Positions 26,726-38,194 of a stretch of DNA of 64,000 nucleotides are shown here, in pieces. The notes beneath the pieces were generated by a model. The model was not told where the DNA came from, searched no databases, and saw only the letters and a list, made by a program, of their open reading frames with translations. The first letter of the stretch is position 1. Each line of letters opens with the position of its first letter. A program made the position numbers and the translations under genes. This DNA comes from Hypanus sabinus (Eukaryota), in the NCBI RefSeq assembly GCF_030144855.1, contig NC_082715.1, forward strand, positions 146,134,001 through 146,198,000, in the 5' to 3' direction.

Positions 26726-29389
26726 AATTTAATTGCAAGCAGTCATCATACTTCTGGCAAATTTCCTGTAGATTATATTAGGAAAAGCACGACATTAGTG
26801 GAGAAGTGGGTCAATTATAGTGCGTATACAAAAATGCAAAATGTACCATTGATGCACAGTATGTGCTTGAGGACACTGAACTAGACGAAAAACTGTCAGT
26901 GTCATTATCCCTCTGCTCAGCTCAAGGGAACGTGGACGCATGTTTCATGTATTCGTAGAATTGGAAAAAAAATCACTTCAGAATAACTTGACGGAAGATC
27001 TCAGAATTACCGGTTTTCTTGCTTATAAGCTTATTTATAGCCACATTAAACTTATTTGCACGCTAGAAATGAGGACCCGTACGAACGGAATCGTGCCTGC
27101 CCGTCTGGGGCCGGGCCATGCTATAGGAAACAGCAACAAAAATGAGGGTGTCCGGGGAGGGATAGCACTTCTAATAAAGAACTTGTTTTGTCCATTCTGG
27201 GGCAGCTCACTCATCTTTCGGCGCCACGGGATATCAGCTCTCAGTTGTGGCTCCAAGTAGGTGTTTGCATACAACAGCGGAGACACCCCGGTCCACCGCA
27301 TAAACCGGGTCAGGGTAGCTGGCGGGCCTCATAAACTGGTGAGATAGGAATCTATCTGTCGTAGCATGTGAAGTCAGCTCCAGCGGATTTAATTCTCTTT
27401 CCGTGCTGCGTTTTCCCTCTGTTCTCTGTTTTCCAGCAGTAAAGGTGAAGAAGGTAACGGAGAGAAACGGAAATCCTGTCGGGAGGAGGAGCGAGCTCCT
27501 TCAGGGTGAAAGCTCCCAGAGGAGACGTGCTGGCGCAGTGAATAGTGATGCAAAGTGAAATATTGCCCCGCAGTTCAGGCAGCATCTGTGGAGAGAGAAA
27601 CAGAGTTAAAAGCTTTGGCTTGATGATATTTTGTCCAAAACACAGGCCAAGCAAGGCTACATATGAAAAGAAAGGCGCAGGTAGATCAATGTCAGGATGT
27701 AGATACAGAATTGTGTGAACATTTCTGTTCGGACAACCAGGCAGCGCTTCAGAGACAGCGGTAGGGGGAGGGTGATGAGGACTGGTAAATATGAGGGGTG
27801 TGGTAAATATGTGACTAGGATAATGTTGCTGACAGCCAGCAGACATTATGAGAATTATAAGGGGCGTCGGCTACACCCTTGGACAACATGAGGAGTAAAA
27901 TGGAGCGAGCGGAGAAAGACTGCCGTGGTGACACTAAGGCCGCGATTGAATAAACCACGGACAAAATCCAGTGAGTCCAGTGCCGTGCAGTTTCAATTTT
28001 GACCCAGAAGACGGCGTGGCCAACCCCGTTAAAGGTTGAAACAGTCCGAGGAAGATGCTGGGTACATTGCCCGTGAGAGCATCATGTGCCACGTCATTGG
28101 TGACTTCGGTCAGAGCTGCTTCAAGGAAAACGTATGGAGAGGGGTTTGATACCGCCGGGACGTCATGACTGGAATGTTAGTGACAGTATTACAGGTTTTG
28201 CCAAGGTTTGGAAGGTTATTTGTAGAAGCTCTTTATGAGGAAAAGGGATTGTTAGTTTACGAGGATGGAAGATCGGAAAGTGTATGTTCATGAATACGGA
28301 ACTCAGGACCGTAAAGAACATTACCCCCACTCCCACCACCACTGCAAGGCGAGTATAGCCATTGAGCACTAATCTGAACAATACGCAATAAATGCAGATG
28401 AGCAACCTGCCTAGCTTTACTTCTATCCCACCTATCTCCTGAGGTGTACCGGAGAAGAGATGACTTTAACAGCAAACATTCAGGAGCAAAGGCCATTAGG
28501 CGAATGGCCATGCAGTATTGAAACGCTTACCTCCGCCAGCGAGCAAGTCTCTACCATAACAATAAAGGAAAAACAACGATGGAGTGAACCGTAGGAAGAA
28601 CAGATTACTCAGTCCATCTGGAACACTCCCCTATCTAACCGGGGTACTCATGCACTAGTTAATTTAATGGCACTCAAACAACCGTACTCACCCAACAACG
28701 GTTGTACCAAAAGGGAGATAAATGGCGAAGCAATAGCACATCATGAAACAATGTAAGAACCACACAAAAGGCCTGTGCACCACACAGAAATCTAGGGGCA
28801 AACTCAACAGGTCCACCCTTTCAAAATAAAAAAAAAAGACGGACCCATTATGTTACAATGTCAGCTCTCAATAAGTAACAGAAAGGAGTCAGGCCACAAA
28901 AGAAATTTCAAACAAAAGACATTTATCAAATTAAGGTTAAGGTAATGGGAAAAAGGGTGTTATGTGTGGCTGAAGAATGAGAGAGAGAGAAGTGAGAGTG
29001 GAAGCGGCCTTGTTTTTACCGGTCCTCAGCAGGTGCCGGCAGTGGAAGGGTAATTGCAGGTGTCCCCGGGAACTGCAACACAGGTTAAAGAGGAAAGACA
29101 GGCCAAGAAATGTACAAGAGAAGGGAGATCGACGGCTGAACAACGATCGAACTGTAAATAAACTGCTCGCTGTTCCATGGCACCGGACTTTCAAACTACA
29201 GGAGGGTTAATGAATGTGGATCAAGAAAGCATGTATAACAGGAGCGATTTCTCAGGGAAAAAATCCAAGCATGTTACTGTGACTAAATGGCTTGAGTTAT
29301 CAGGTGAGAATGGTTAGGCTGGGACTGTTATATCTTAGAAGCCGAAGGGTTTATAAATTCACGAGGGCCATAGATAAGGTAACCATAAG

Positions 29390-29700
29390 AGATTCTCTAA
29401 ATGCTGGAAATCCAGAGTAATACAGAAAACTCTGAAGGAACTCATCAAGCCAGGCAGTATCTATGGAGCAGAATAAAGAGTTGACGTTTCGGGTTTCGGC
29501 ACTGGAAAGGAAATGGTAAGAAGTCAGAATAGGAAGTCGGGTGGAGCTAGAAAACTCAAACGAGTGAACAAAAAGGAGCCTATTAGGAGAGGAGAATGGA
29601 CCGTGGGAGAAAAGCAAAGTGGAGGGGCACCAGAGTGAAGAGATAGGTAGGTGAGGTGAAGAGAAGGGGTAGACATCTGTGTTTCCAGTAAGGTGCAGGT
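29390..29700 (-). mobile_element. Penelope-like element terminal fragment
   Basis: Reverse complement of the terminus seen at 48.9-49.07 kb (ccgaaacgtcaac...tagatactgcctggcttgatgagttc). Confidence 0.65.
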
Positions 29701-30424
29701 ACATGGATAGGGTAAATTATCACAGTCGTTTTCCTACGGTAATTGAATCTAAAAATGTAAGGTGTAGATTTAATACGAGAGGGGGAAGATTTAAATGAGA
29801 TTCCACTGATGCCTATTTCCACTCCCTGATGAATATGTGGAATCGGCGGCCAGAAGGACTGAGAGAAGCGGGTACAATTATAATAGCTAAAAGACACAGA
29901 TAGATTCATAAATAGAAAATGCTTAGAGGAGTATAGGACACAGATAGAAAACAAAGGCTTAGCTCAGGTGAGCACCATGGTCAACGTGGACAAGTTGGGC
30001 CGTAGGGCCAGTTTCCTTGCTGTATGACAATAACTTCGTGAGATAGTAATACGTCAAGAGGAATAAATGTTTGCAGCCGTACGTTTGTCCCAAACATTAC
30101 GCTGCCAGGTTTAAATGCATCTCCTTTGGTTAAAAGGCAGTTGGAGTGAAAGAGAACAGACTTCCTGGTCATGTTTCATGCCGGACAAAGAAAAGAAAAA
30201 CTGCTGATGGAATACGCAATGAGTTGCATCCACACGGAGACTGGAGCTTCAGGAGTAAAGGATGAGCAAAATGTTAAGAGTACGGTGACTTAGTACAATA
30301 CAATATCTAGGGAGAAACCTGGTCGAAGACCCTCTTGGAAGAATCTTTCTGGATTTAAAATATGTTTTATTCTCTTCATGTGCCAAGATAACAACTGCTA
30401 ATTACATAGAATTGTAACAATTAC

Positions 30425-30453
30425 ATTTGCATAGTTTACCTCAGGTGCAGGTG
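30425..30453 (+). promoter_or_regulatory. Octamer plus tandem E-box cluster (candidate IgL 3' enhancer)
   Basis: ATTTGCAT (30425-30432) followed by CAGGTGCAGGTG (30442-30453), 6.4 kb downstream of the intact C exon. Confidence 0.4.
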
Positions 30454-31039
30454 TGGGCAAGCAGTTCCACAGAGTCTCATACTTTCAATGGGAATACATC
30501 TCAGTTGAGAGGCATGTCTGAACATTCAAACAATCTTTGGCAAACCAGAATCCTTTTAACAGTGTTTTAACGATGTCTCTCTGGATATACTGTACATACA
30601 CCCCAAATTTGTTCCTGACCACGTGTTGTGTGGAAGGACCCCTTCCTTGAAATTAACTAGGGGTTTCAAATTAGTCTGATTAAATAGTAGGTATTTATCT
30701 ATTATTTTTATTAGTTAATTTACAACGGTGCAAACTCAGGATGCTCCATGCCCGATGGTTGCATTTCGTGCTGTGATGGTGGTCGATGAGAGTTATGAAA
30801 TTTAACAGAGTAACTTTGTACAACTAACAAAAGACAGAAGGCATTTTTATCAGTTTCCAAAGCACACTTCTTTGGTGATCTGCCGTTATGAACCAATAGT
30901 CTGCGATCATTGCAAACAACCGTATCTGGTTACTTATGCACAGTCTGAAGATTGTTCTTGCCCGTATTGCTTGCTTCTATCCCCATAAAAGGACATCCCA
31001 CACCCACACTTATTAGGAAAGTGTGAGCAACAAAGAACT

Positions 31040-31830
31040 GAATGATCTGTATTGTCATTATACATAGGCACAATGAAACTCGGTTTGGCTTCCTCTCAGG
31101 CAAGCAAACGAAGCGGTAGATAAAAACAAGACAGTAATAGAAAAACGGTATTAAATAGATAAATAGCAGAAAATAAGTTACTGCAGTATCAGAATATCAC
31201 AGTAATGCACAAAGTGACATTGGTGCAAGTATTTGAGTCGTTGTGTGTGCTCACAGTTTCAGTCATTGTTCTGTGGGAGTGGTGTGATGAAGGCCGTAGC
31301 TTTGGGGTAGAAGCTGTTCCTCAGTCTATTTGTTCTGGTTTTTAGTTTCCTGAACCTTTTGCTGGACGGCAGCGGGTCAAACAGGGAGTGGCCGGGGTGT
31401 GTGGTGTCTCTGGTTATGCTGATTGCTTTCCTCCTGAGTCTGCTGGAATAGACGGTGTCCAGTCCTGGGAGCTCCATCCTGACAATTCTCTGAGCCGCCT
31501 TTACCGCGCGATGCAGGTCTTGTCGCTCAGCGGCTGTGCAGCTGGCATACCGCACTGCGGCGCTGTTGGTCAGGATGGTTTCAGTTCTGCTTCTGCAGAA
31601 GTTAAGCAACAGCTTTTGTGGGAGTTTGACCTGTTTCAGCTTCCTGAGGAAGAAGAGTCTTTGTTGTGCCTTTTTTACAAGCAGCGAGGTGTTGGTGGTC
31701 CATGTCAGCGAGGTGTTGGTGGTCCATGTCAGCGAGGTGTTGGTGGTCCATGTCAGCGAGGTGTTGGTGGTCCAGGTCATCTGCTTTAACAACATAACTC
31801 CAAGGAACGTTAGGTGTTCCAAAGACACAT
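31040..31830 (-). mobile_element. Rex1/Babar-like LINE 3' part with open RT C-terminus
   Basis: ORF 31259-31828: TWTTNTS..VKKAQQRLFFLRKL..HPGHSLFDPLPS.KRFR..RLRNSFYP. Confidence 0.85.
31682..31777. repeat. 24-bp tandem repeat x4 inside the LINE ORF
   Basis: cagcgaggtgttggtggtccatgt x4 (last copy has one mismatch); encodes TWTTNTSL repeats in frame. Confidence 0.97.
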
Positions 31831-32439
31831 ATTAAAAAGGAAGATCTCGAAAGCTAATGGATTAGTGCCAAAACCACATGCAAATCGATATAAGACCAAG
31901 TAGCTGCTAGAAGTGAATGAACAACTTTCTGTGCGGGAGAAATGAGTTTCAATCCGTGGGATTGTCACCAGTGACAGGAAAGAGGGAGCTGCTCTATTGA
32001 GATGGTTTTCACTTGAATCAGGCTGGGGCCGTAGCGTCCTGGTGAATTAAACAATTACCACATTGATGAATGACTAAATAGCTGCGGTGGATGCCGGGTC
32101 AGGGAGGTTAAGAATGTGGTCCGGATGGAAATGTTAAGGAAGTGGGAGAAGGCAGAGTGCATAGTAGAACATTTCGTATTAATACCTAAAGTTGGTTAGA
32201 AAGAGATGGAATATAGAAATATGGAAATATAACAATAATTAGTGTGAATAAAAGGGAAATGGAAAATTGTCAACTTTCTTTATTTGAAGGATGAACCGAA
32301 ATCCCAGGAACCAAAATCCCAGGAACCAATCTGGTGAATGTTCTTTGCAAATCAGCTTTCATCTGTCAGAATAAAGTATAGCCTATCTTCGAGAGGATTT
32401 AGGATTTGTGAACTATATTCTCGGTGCAGGGTTAAAACA

Positions 32440-32990
32440 TAGAACATAAGGCACAGAAGAGTACAGCACAAGAACATCCATTCGGCTCACAATCTTGTGC
32501 CGGACCACCTAAATAAAAAAATAAAAACACCCAAACCCAATCCTTCTTACCATGTTCATAACCCCCGTCTTCCATACATCTATATACTTACCCAAATGTC
32601 TCTTAAAAAGCTTATAATATCACCACCTTAGGAAGTGCATTCTGAGCAACCACAATTCTTTGAGTAAAAAACTTACTCTTCACATCCCTCCTGAGTCTAC
32701 CCCCTCTCATCAGTGCTTGCCCTCTACTATTATATATTTTAACCCTGGGAAAGAGATACTCTCTGTCCTCTCTGTCTATGAGTCTCATAATCTTGTAAAG
32801 CTCTGTCAGATTATTGTCAGATCTCCTTCCAACCTCCGATGCTGTAGAGAAACCAACTCAAGTTTAACAAGCTTCTCGCAATAGCACATGCATTCTGGCA
32901 GCATCTCAATAAACTTCTGCACCCTCTCCAAAGCCTGAACATCTTTCCTATAGATGTAAATTTGCGACAAAAGTCCTGTTATGAACACGT
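32440..32990 (-). mobile_element. CR1 LINE 3' fragment
   Basis: ORF 32806-32988 YRKDVQALERVQ..LVSLQHRRLEGDL; catagaacataag tail. Confidence 0.85.
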
Positions 32991-33267
32991 CGTAATGACT
33001 TTATAATTACTTGCTTTCCATACACTTTAACTTTCATTCATCCTAAGGTTTCAAGTGTTTCTAAACACTGACAACTTTGTCTCTCATACTGGCAACCGTT
33101 TTTCATTATCCCTAAAATATTACACAACGTCTCCTCATCTAAATCATTAATGTAGATTTTGAACGGCCGGGGTTGCAGTCCGATCCCTGAGGCGCCTGAC
33201 TAGAGAAATCTTGCAACTGAAAGAAACTTTTAATCCTATTTTCTATTTCCCTGGTGTTCACATGCCG

Positions 33268-33520
33268 CCGTAGCGTAGACGTTATTGCGACGCTACTACA
33301 GCTCAGGGTGTTCTGGAGTTCAGAGTTCAATTCCAATGTCGTCTGTAAGGAGCCTGTACGTTCTGCCCCTGAAACGCGAGGGTTTCCTCTGGGTGCTCCA
33401 GTTTCCTCCCACCGTCGAAAGACAAACATGTCAGTAGGTAGATTGGTCATTGTAAATTGCCCCGTGGTTAGGCTAGGAAGGGCCAGAAGGGCCTGTTCCA
33501 CGTTGTATTCCTAAATAAAT
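33268..33520 (+). mobile_element. tRNA-derived SINE (HE1/V-SINE-like)
   Basis: gagttcaattcc..tctgtaaggag..gggtttcctctgggtgctccagtttcctccca core with CR1-like tail. Confidence 0.8.
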
Positions 33521-34019
33521 AGATACCCAATCTTCACTTCAGTCAGGATTTTATTCCTGTTAAGGATATTTTAATGCTTGTTTAATAATCTCTTGTTATG
33601 CAACCTTTCGAAAGTCCGAACACACCACATCCATCGATTCTGTCCTTCGTATTCCATTTGTAGAACACTCAAGCAAACTCTAATAGATCTGTCAAACATC
33701 ATTTCCTTTTCGTAACTTTATGCCTATTCTGCGATAAACCCATTATCTTTTCCAGCTGACTTCGCAATAGAATGTAATTATATTTTCCCTCTCCTGTTGC
33801 CTTTTGCCAGTTTGCCCTCCTCTTCTTAGTTAGGGTTCTAGACACTATCTTCGCTTTTTGATTCTTGGGAATGTTAGAAAATGCGCAGCTTCAGCAAAAC
33901 ATCCTCTCCATCGTCAACTCCCTCAAAAGACTGAGATGTAGATGAATAGGAAATTAATTGCATTCCCATTCCGTTAATCTGTCCAATAGAACGACATTTC
34001 CACACCAGTATATTCCTGA

Positions 34020-35990
34020 GTGAAAGCTGGGTGTAACACATGCAGGGGTCTGGAGGGATTTCGAGGATTGGATAAAGACAAAAAAGGAAGCTCGTGCCAC
34101 CTACAGGCAGGAGAAGTCCAGCAGGAGTTTAGAAAGTGTAGAGTGTGCTTAAAAAGGAAATTTGAAAGCCAAAGAGGATGTACGACAAACATATTGATCT
34201 GATATAATAAAACGGAAGTCAGTTTAATTACGAACAAACGAATAACCAGAAAAAGAGTCTACTGACAATCCATCGTGATAATCTGTGAGTGAAGCCAGAA
34301 CGTATCTGCTAGGTCCGAAATTAATACTACTCATTGGTATTAGCTAAAGATATGACTTTGTAGATGGCGACGGCAATGAAGAGGTATATGAAAGTCCAGT
34401 GCCGGTTTCCATTAAAACAGGGGAGGCACTTGAAGGTTTAGCGGAGTTACAGGTGAATAAATTCCCAGGGCTGGAAGCGATTTATCCTAGGCTGCTATGG
34501 ATGGGGGTGGGTGTGAGCGGAAGGAAGGGGATTACTAGGGATCTAGATGAAAGTTTTAATCATTACCTGGTCGCAGTTAAAGTAGCCGATGATCACCTGA
34601 CCGGGATATGGCAAAAGGGTCTCTTTGTAATAATGACAGTAGGAAAATGCGTGCTAAACACAGACCCTTGAGCCTGTTATTTATGGCTGTGAACCTATTG
34701 GTAAGCATTTTAAGTGTCAGATTTCATATTCACTTAGAAAGGTAGGAACGAATCGGTGATATTCATATAAGTCAAGAGAAGATGTCGACTGACCAATCTG
34801 TTAGAAAATATTGAAGACATAATAAAGTGTACTGATGAGGACAGGGCAGCAGATTTGGTTCAAAGGTAATACTACATCTTTGGTAAGGTCACGCACGGAG
34901 ATAACTAAAAAGATAAGCTTCTAGTTGGCAAATTGGATCCAAAATTAAAACGGCAATGGGAGATGGAGGATGATGGTAGAGGTTTGCTTTTGTGGCTGGA
35001 TGCCTGTGAATAGTAGTGTTCCACAGGGATTGGGCTGGGACTATCTGTGAATGATTTTGATGCGACTGAGAAGGCGTGAACAATATGTTTGTGGATGATG
35101 AGAAGGCTGATTGATTTATTGGTGTGGCGAGTGGGTGGTGGTACCCCCAGGCTGCTATGGGGTATTAAATGGCAAATGGAGTTGAATTCTGATAAATATG
35201 GTGTGATGCGTTCAATCATGCTATGGGAATATTGAGAAACAGTGACTTAATGCCCAAGTGCAAAGATTTCAGTCCAGGCAGATAAAGAGAGAGCGATAAG
35301 AGATTATTCTTATTTGGAACAATCATAACGGGACATACGAAATGCGTCGGTTTTTGCACAAACGACCAGCATAGTCCGAATACGTGTTTGGGGGACGTGG
35401 TGATTGTCACGACGCTTCTAGCGCCAGAACAGCGTTCCCACAACTTACTAAACTTAACCAGTATGTCTTTGGAATGTCCTAGGTAACCGGAGCACCCGGG
35501 GGAAGCCCACACGTTCACCTGGGGGTGGGGGAGGATGTAAAAACTCCTTACAGACAGAACCACCATCGCTGATCGCTGGTCGCTGCTGCTGTAAAGTTTC
35601 ACGCTAACTGCTGCGCTACAGAGCGCCCCTAATAATAACCTGGGCAAAAAAGACATATGAGGTGCTAGACTTCATTACAGTATTCGGGGCATCAAATGCA
35701 AGAGCAAAGAGGTTCTGCTCCGACATTAAATATTAGGTCACATCCCAGCTAGAGTACAGCATGCAGTTCTGGTTATCGCGAAATAGAACAAATGTGGTAG
35801 TGCTGGCGAGGTTGCAGAGAACAGTCGCTAGGATTTTGCTGGAGGTGGAGCATTTTATTTACGCGGAAAATATGGACTGGCTGGGCCTGTTTTCTCTGTA
35901 GTAAAGCAGGTTAACGCGACATATAACTGATGAGGTGTGTAGAACTTTGAGAATGTCCCATTTCCCCCGCCTCCACACAATTTTCTCCTC
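34020..35990 (+). mobile_element. Highly decayed CR1 ORF2, interrupted by a minus-strand SINE (35440-35635)
   Basis: Scattered CR1 remnants (LQVNKFPGL..IYPRLL; gtgttccacaggga..; tacagcatgcagttctgg); SINE core reverse complement ggagcacccgggggaagcccac. Confidence 0.65.
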
Positions 35991-36414
35991 GGCTCTGCGG
36001 GAAGGATTGAGTGAAATACAGACAAGTGGCTCCTGGTGCTAGAACTGTGCATTATTCATCAGTCTTCTGAAATATATCCGGGGTAGGAAATAGACAGGGC
36101 AGCCAAGGTGTTCTACCCAAACTTCTGAAAAGTTCCGATTGAAAAATATTTACTTCTAATTAATATGACCCGCAGGTCTGGAAAGTCGATCAATGTTGAA
36201 CGAAATAATTTTGAAACAGAAAAAAACCAAGATGTTATGAGACAGCCCTGTTTGACTCAAATATTGAACAGTGACGGGTTCTATACCGGTGTCAGTAACC
36301 ACAGCTTTAAATCTAATGTTCTACATGATCTGTGGTGCATTTGACGATAGATTCAATAGAATAGGAGCGAAAGGTTCCACCGAGTGTGAACGCGGACTGG
36401 CGGATTCATAGACC

Positions 36415-36575
36415 AGAGTTCAGGGGGGAAACTCGGAGGGTCAGATGGAGCGCAATGGGCGGTCGAGGTTTGGGTTCGATACCCTACAATTTGATTGCTA
36501 CCATTTGACTCCACTGACCCCCCGAGTTTACCCAGTAATTTGTTTCTTTTTGTTCCAGATTCCGGCATTGGCAGA
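36415..36575. repeat. Penelope-terminus-derived imperfect palindrome
   Basis: ggaaactcggagggtcagatggagc...ccactgacccccgagtttacccag arms, same type as 13020-13200. Confidence 0.55.
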
Positions 36576-36862
36576 CTTTGTCTCAGAAATAATTTTAACG
36601 CTTTTAAGTATAGCGGCCCTTTGGTTGAGCAATATAAGGGCCAGCCTCGGAACCGCTGAGTTGATTAAAGAATAACAACAACGTAATAGCTCATGAAATG
36701 TGATTATATTATACAACGTGAAAGAGGGGCATGCTTATGTCATTAAACATGCTTACAGCGAAAGGTAAAAAAACAAAGAGTCCCGACTTTTGCTCGAGAA
36801 CGACTGAAAGTATCTATTGAGAATAATGTTTCATCGTCGCCGATGGTAAATTTCCGCGGCCA

Positions 36863-37197
36863 CTAAGATGGCGTACACTCCGATCTCCGGATGCTTCGCT
36901 TCAACTGAGACACGAGAGACGCGTGTGTAACCCCGCAAGTGTACTCTTCGTGTGAGTTCCACTCCATGGCGGTCAGGGTAAGGTAACTGCTCAGGCTGTA
37001 GGTCTGGTCGCTGCCCTGCACGGCTCGGGATGTCTTAACACCGGCGTTGACTACTGTGCCGTCGGTGCTCCAGGAGACCTCTACCCCTTCAGGGTAAAAA
37101 TTATCGACTAGGCACACCAGAGTCGCCATCTTTCCTTTAGTGATCTGATCAGACGCCGGCAGGAGAAGGGAGACCTTAGGGCTGGACAATCCTTGGG
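36863..37197 (-). CDS. Ig light-chain constant exon, cluster 1 (intact)
   Basis: T-tract acAG acceptor, phase 1; QGLSSPKVSLLLPASDQ..ATLVCLVDNFYP..VSW..SSYLTL..EWNSHEEYTCGVTH..RSECTPS*; C1-set Cys/Trp and terminal Cys all present. Confidence 0.96.
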
Positions 37198-38194
37198 CTG
37201 TAAAAAAAAAAGACATTTAGAGGAACTAGATAATGAGAGTGTTCATTTACAACGGAAAGAAAAAAATTGTGTGAGAGGAGATCCTTAGCAGTTACCAATG
37301 TCTCAGGACCGACGGTGGAATATTCTCTAAATAATTTGTTAATGTACCCAAGATTTTGAGAATCAAGTATCACTGATAGAGTTTCCTTGGGGCACGGCCT
37401 AGAAATTTTCCAGAAAGTTAACTTTCACTTATATCACCGCATAACCACAGTCTTGTTGAGATTTGCTTTCCGTCATTCGGCCACCATAAATGTAAAATAG
37501 TGGACTGTATCGAACGAAGAAATTATAACCAACATATAAAACGTCCGTTACGGTAATTGGGCCGACATTATAGCGCGGGATAAGTGTCCCGCCCTGGTCA
37601 TTCCATTTAAAGATCTAGTTGAAATTTAAATAAAAATAAAAATCTCATTCCATGTTCACTCTGCCTTCGTTGTGTTTGATGTGCTCCCATAAAAATGCTC
37701 CATAGACTATCTTGTCTGGCCTCTGATAAACTAGCTGTCTATTACGAAGATAACACACTTTGTGAATATGATTCTTACATTGGATATTTTCACAAATTTA
37801 AGCAACATTTCATCTTTATCACCAAATTCAGAGATCGGCAAGCGAGCACGAGCTCTCAATGCAAGCCGTCTTTCATATCTCCTTAATACTGTGTTCTTAC
37901 GTCTTTCTGCTTTTTAAAAACACCCCTGTCTACCCACCTAATCCAAATATTTGGGAGTACGTCCCTCTTTGATCACAGTGATGTTCGTCTTGGCTTGGCA
38001 CTGCACAGAATTGAATTAAATGTATTTTTGGGAATAATATCTGGTTAAACGTTCTGCCGATTTGCTTTCATGCGAATAACATAACCAGACTAACATCCTG
38101 GCGCAAGTTCAAATACTATAGGCCATTAATTCAGTGCAGGATTGTGAAAGTGTAGCGGGGTCTATGAACTAAGGATCAGTTTGTACTCTCTTAG

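Noticed and set aside
27437-27453. 17-nt micro-exon candidate (polypyrimidine-AG...GTAACG) on the plus strand
   Set aside because: Downstream of the HIRA stop and polyA signal with no other exons to connect; such sites arise by chance
35349-35376. Nonamer-like GGTTTTTGC plus 12 bp as a possible RSS
   Set aside because: Following heptamer reads CATAGTC, not CACTGTG; lies in decayed CR1. Other CACAGTG/CACTGTG hits I checked (e.g. 22818, 37974, 55026) have no nonamer at 12 or 23 bp
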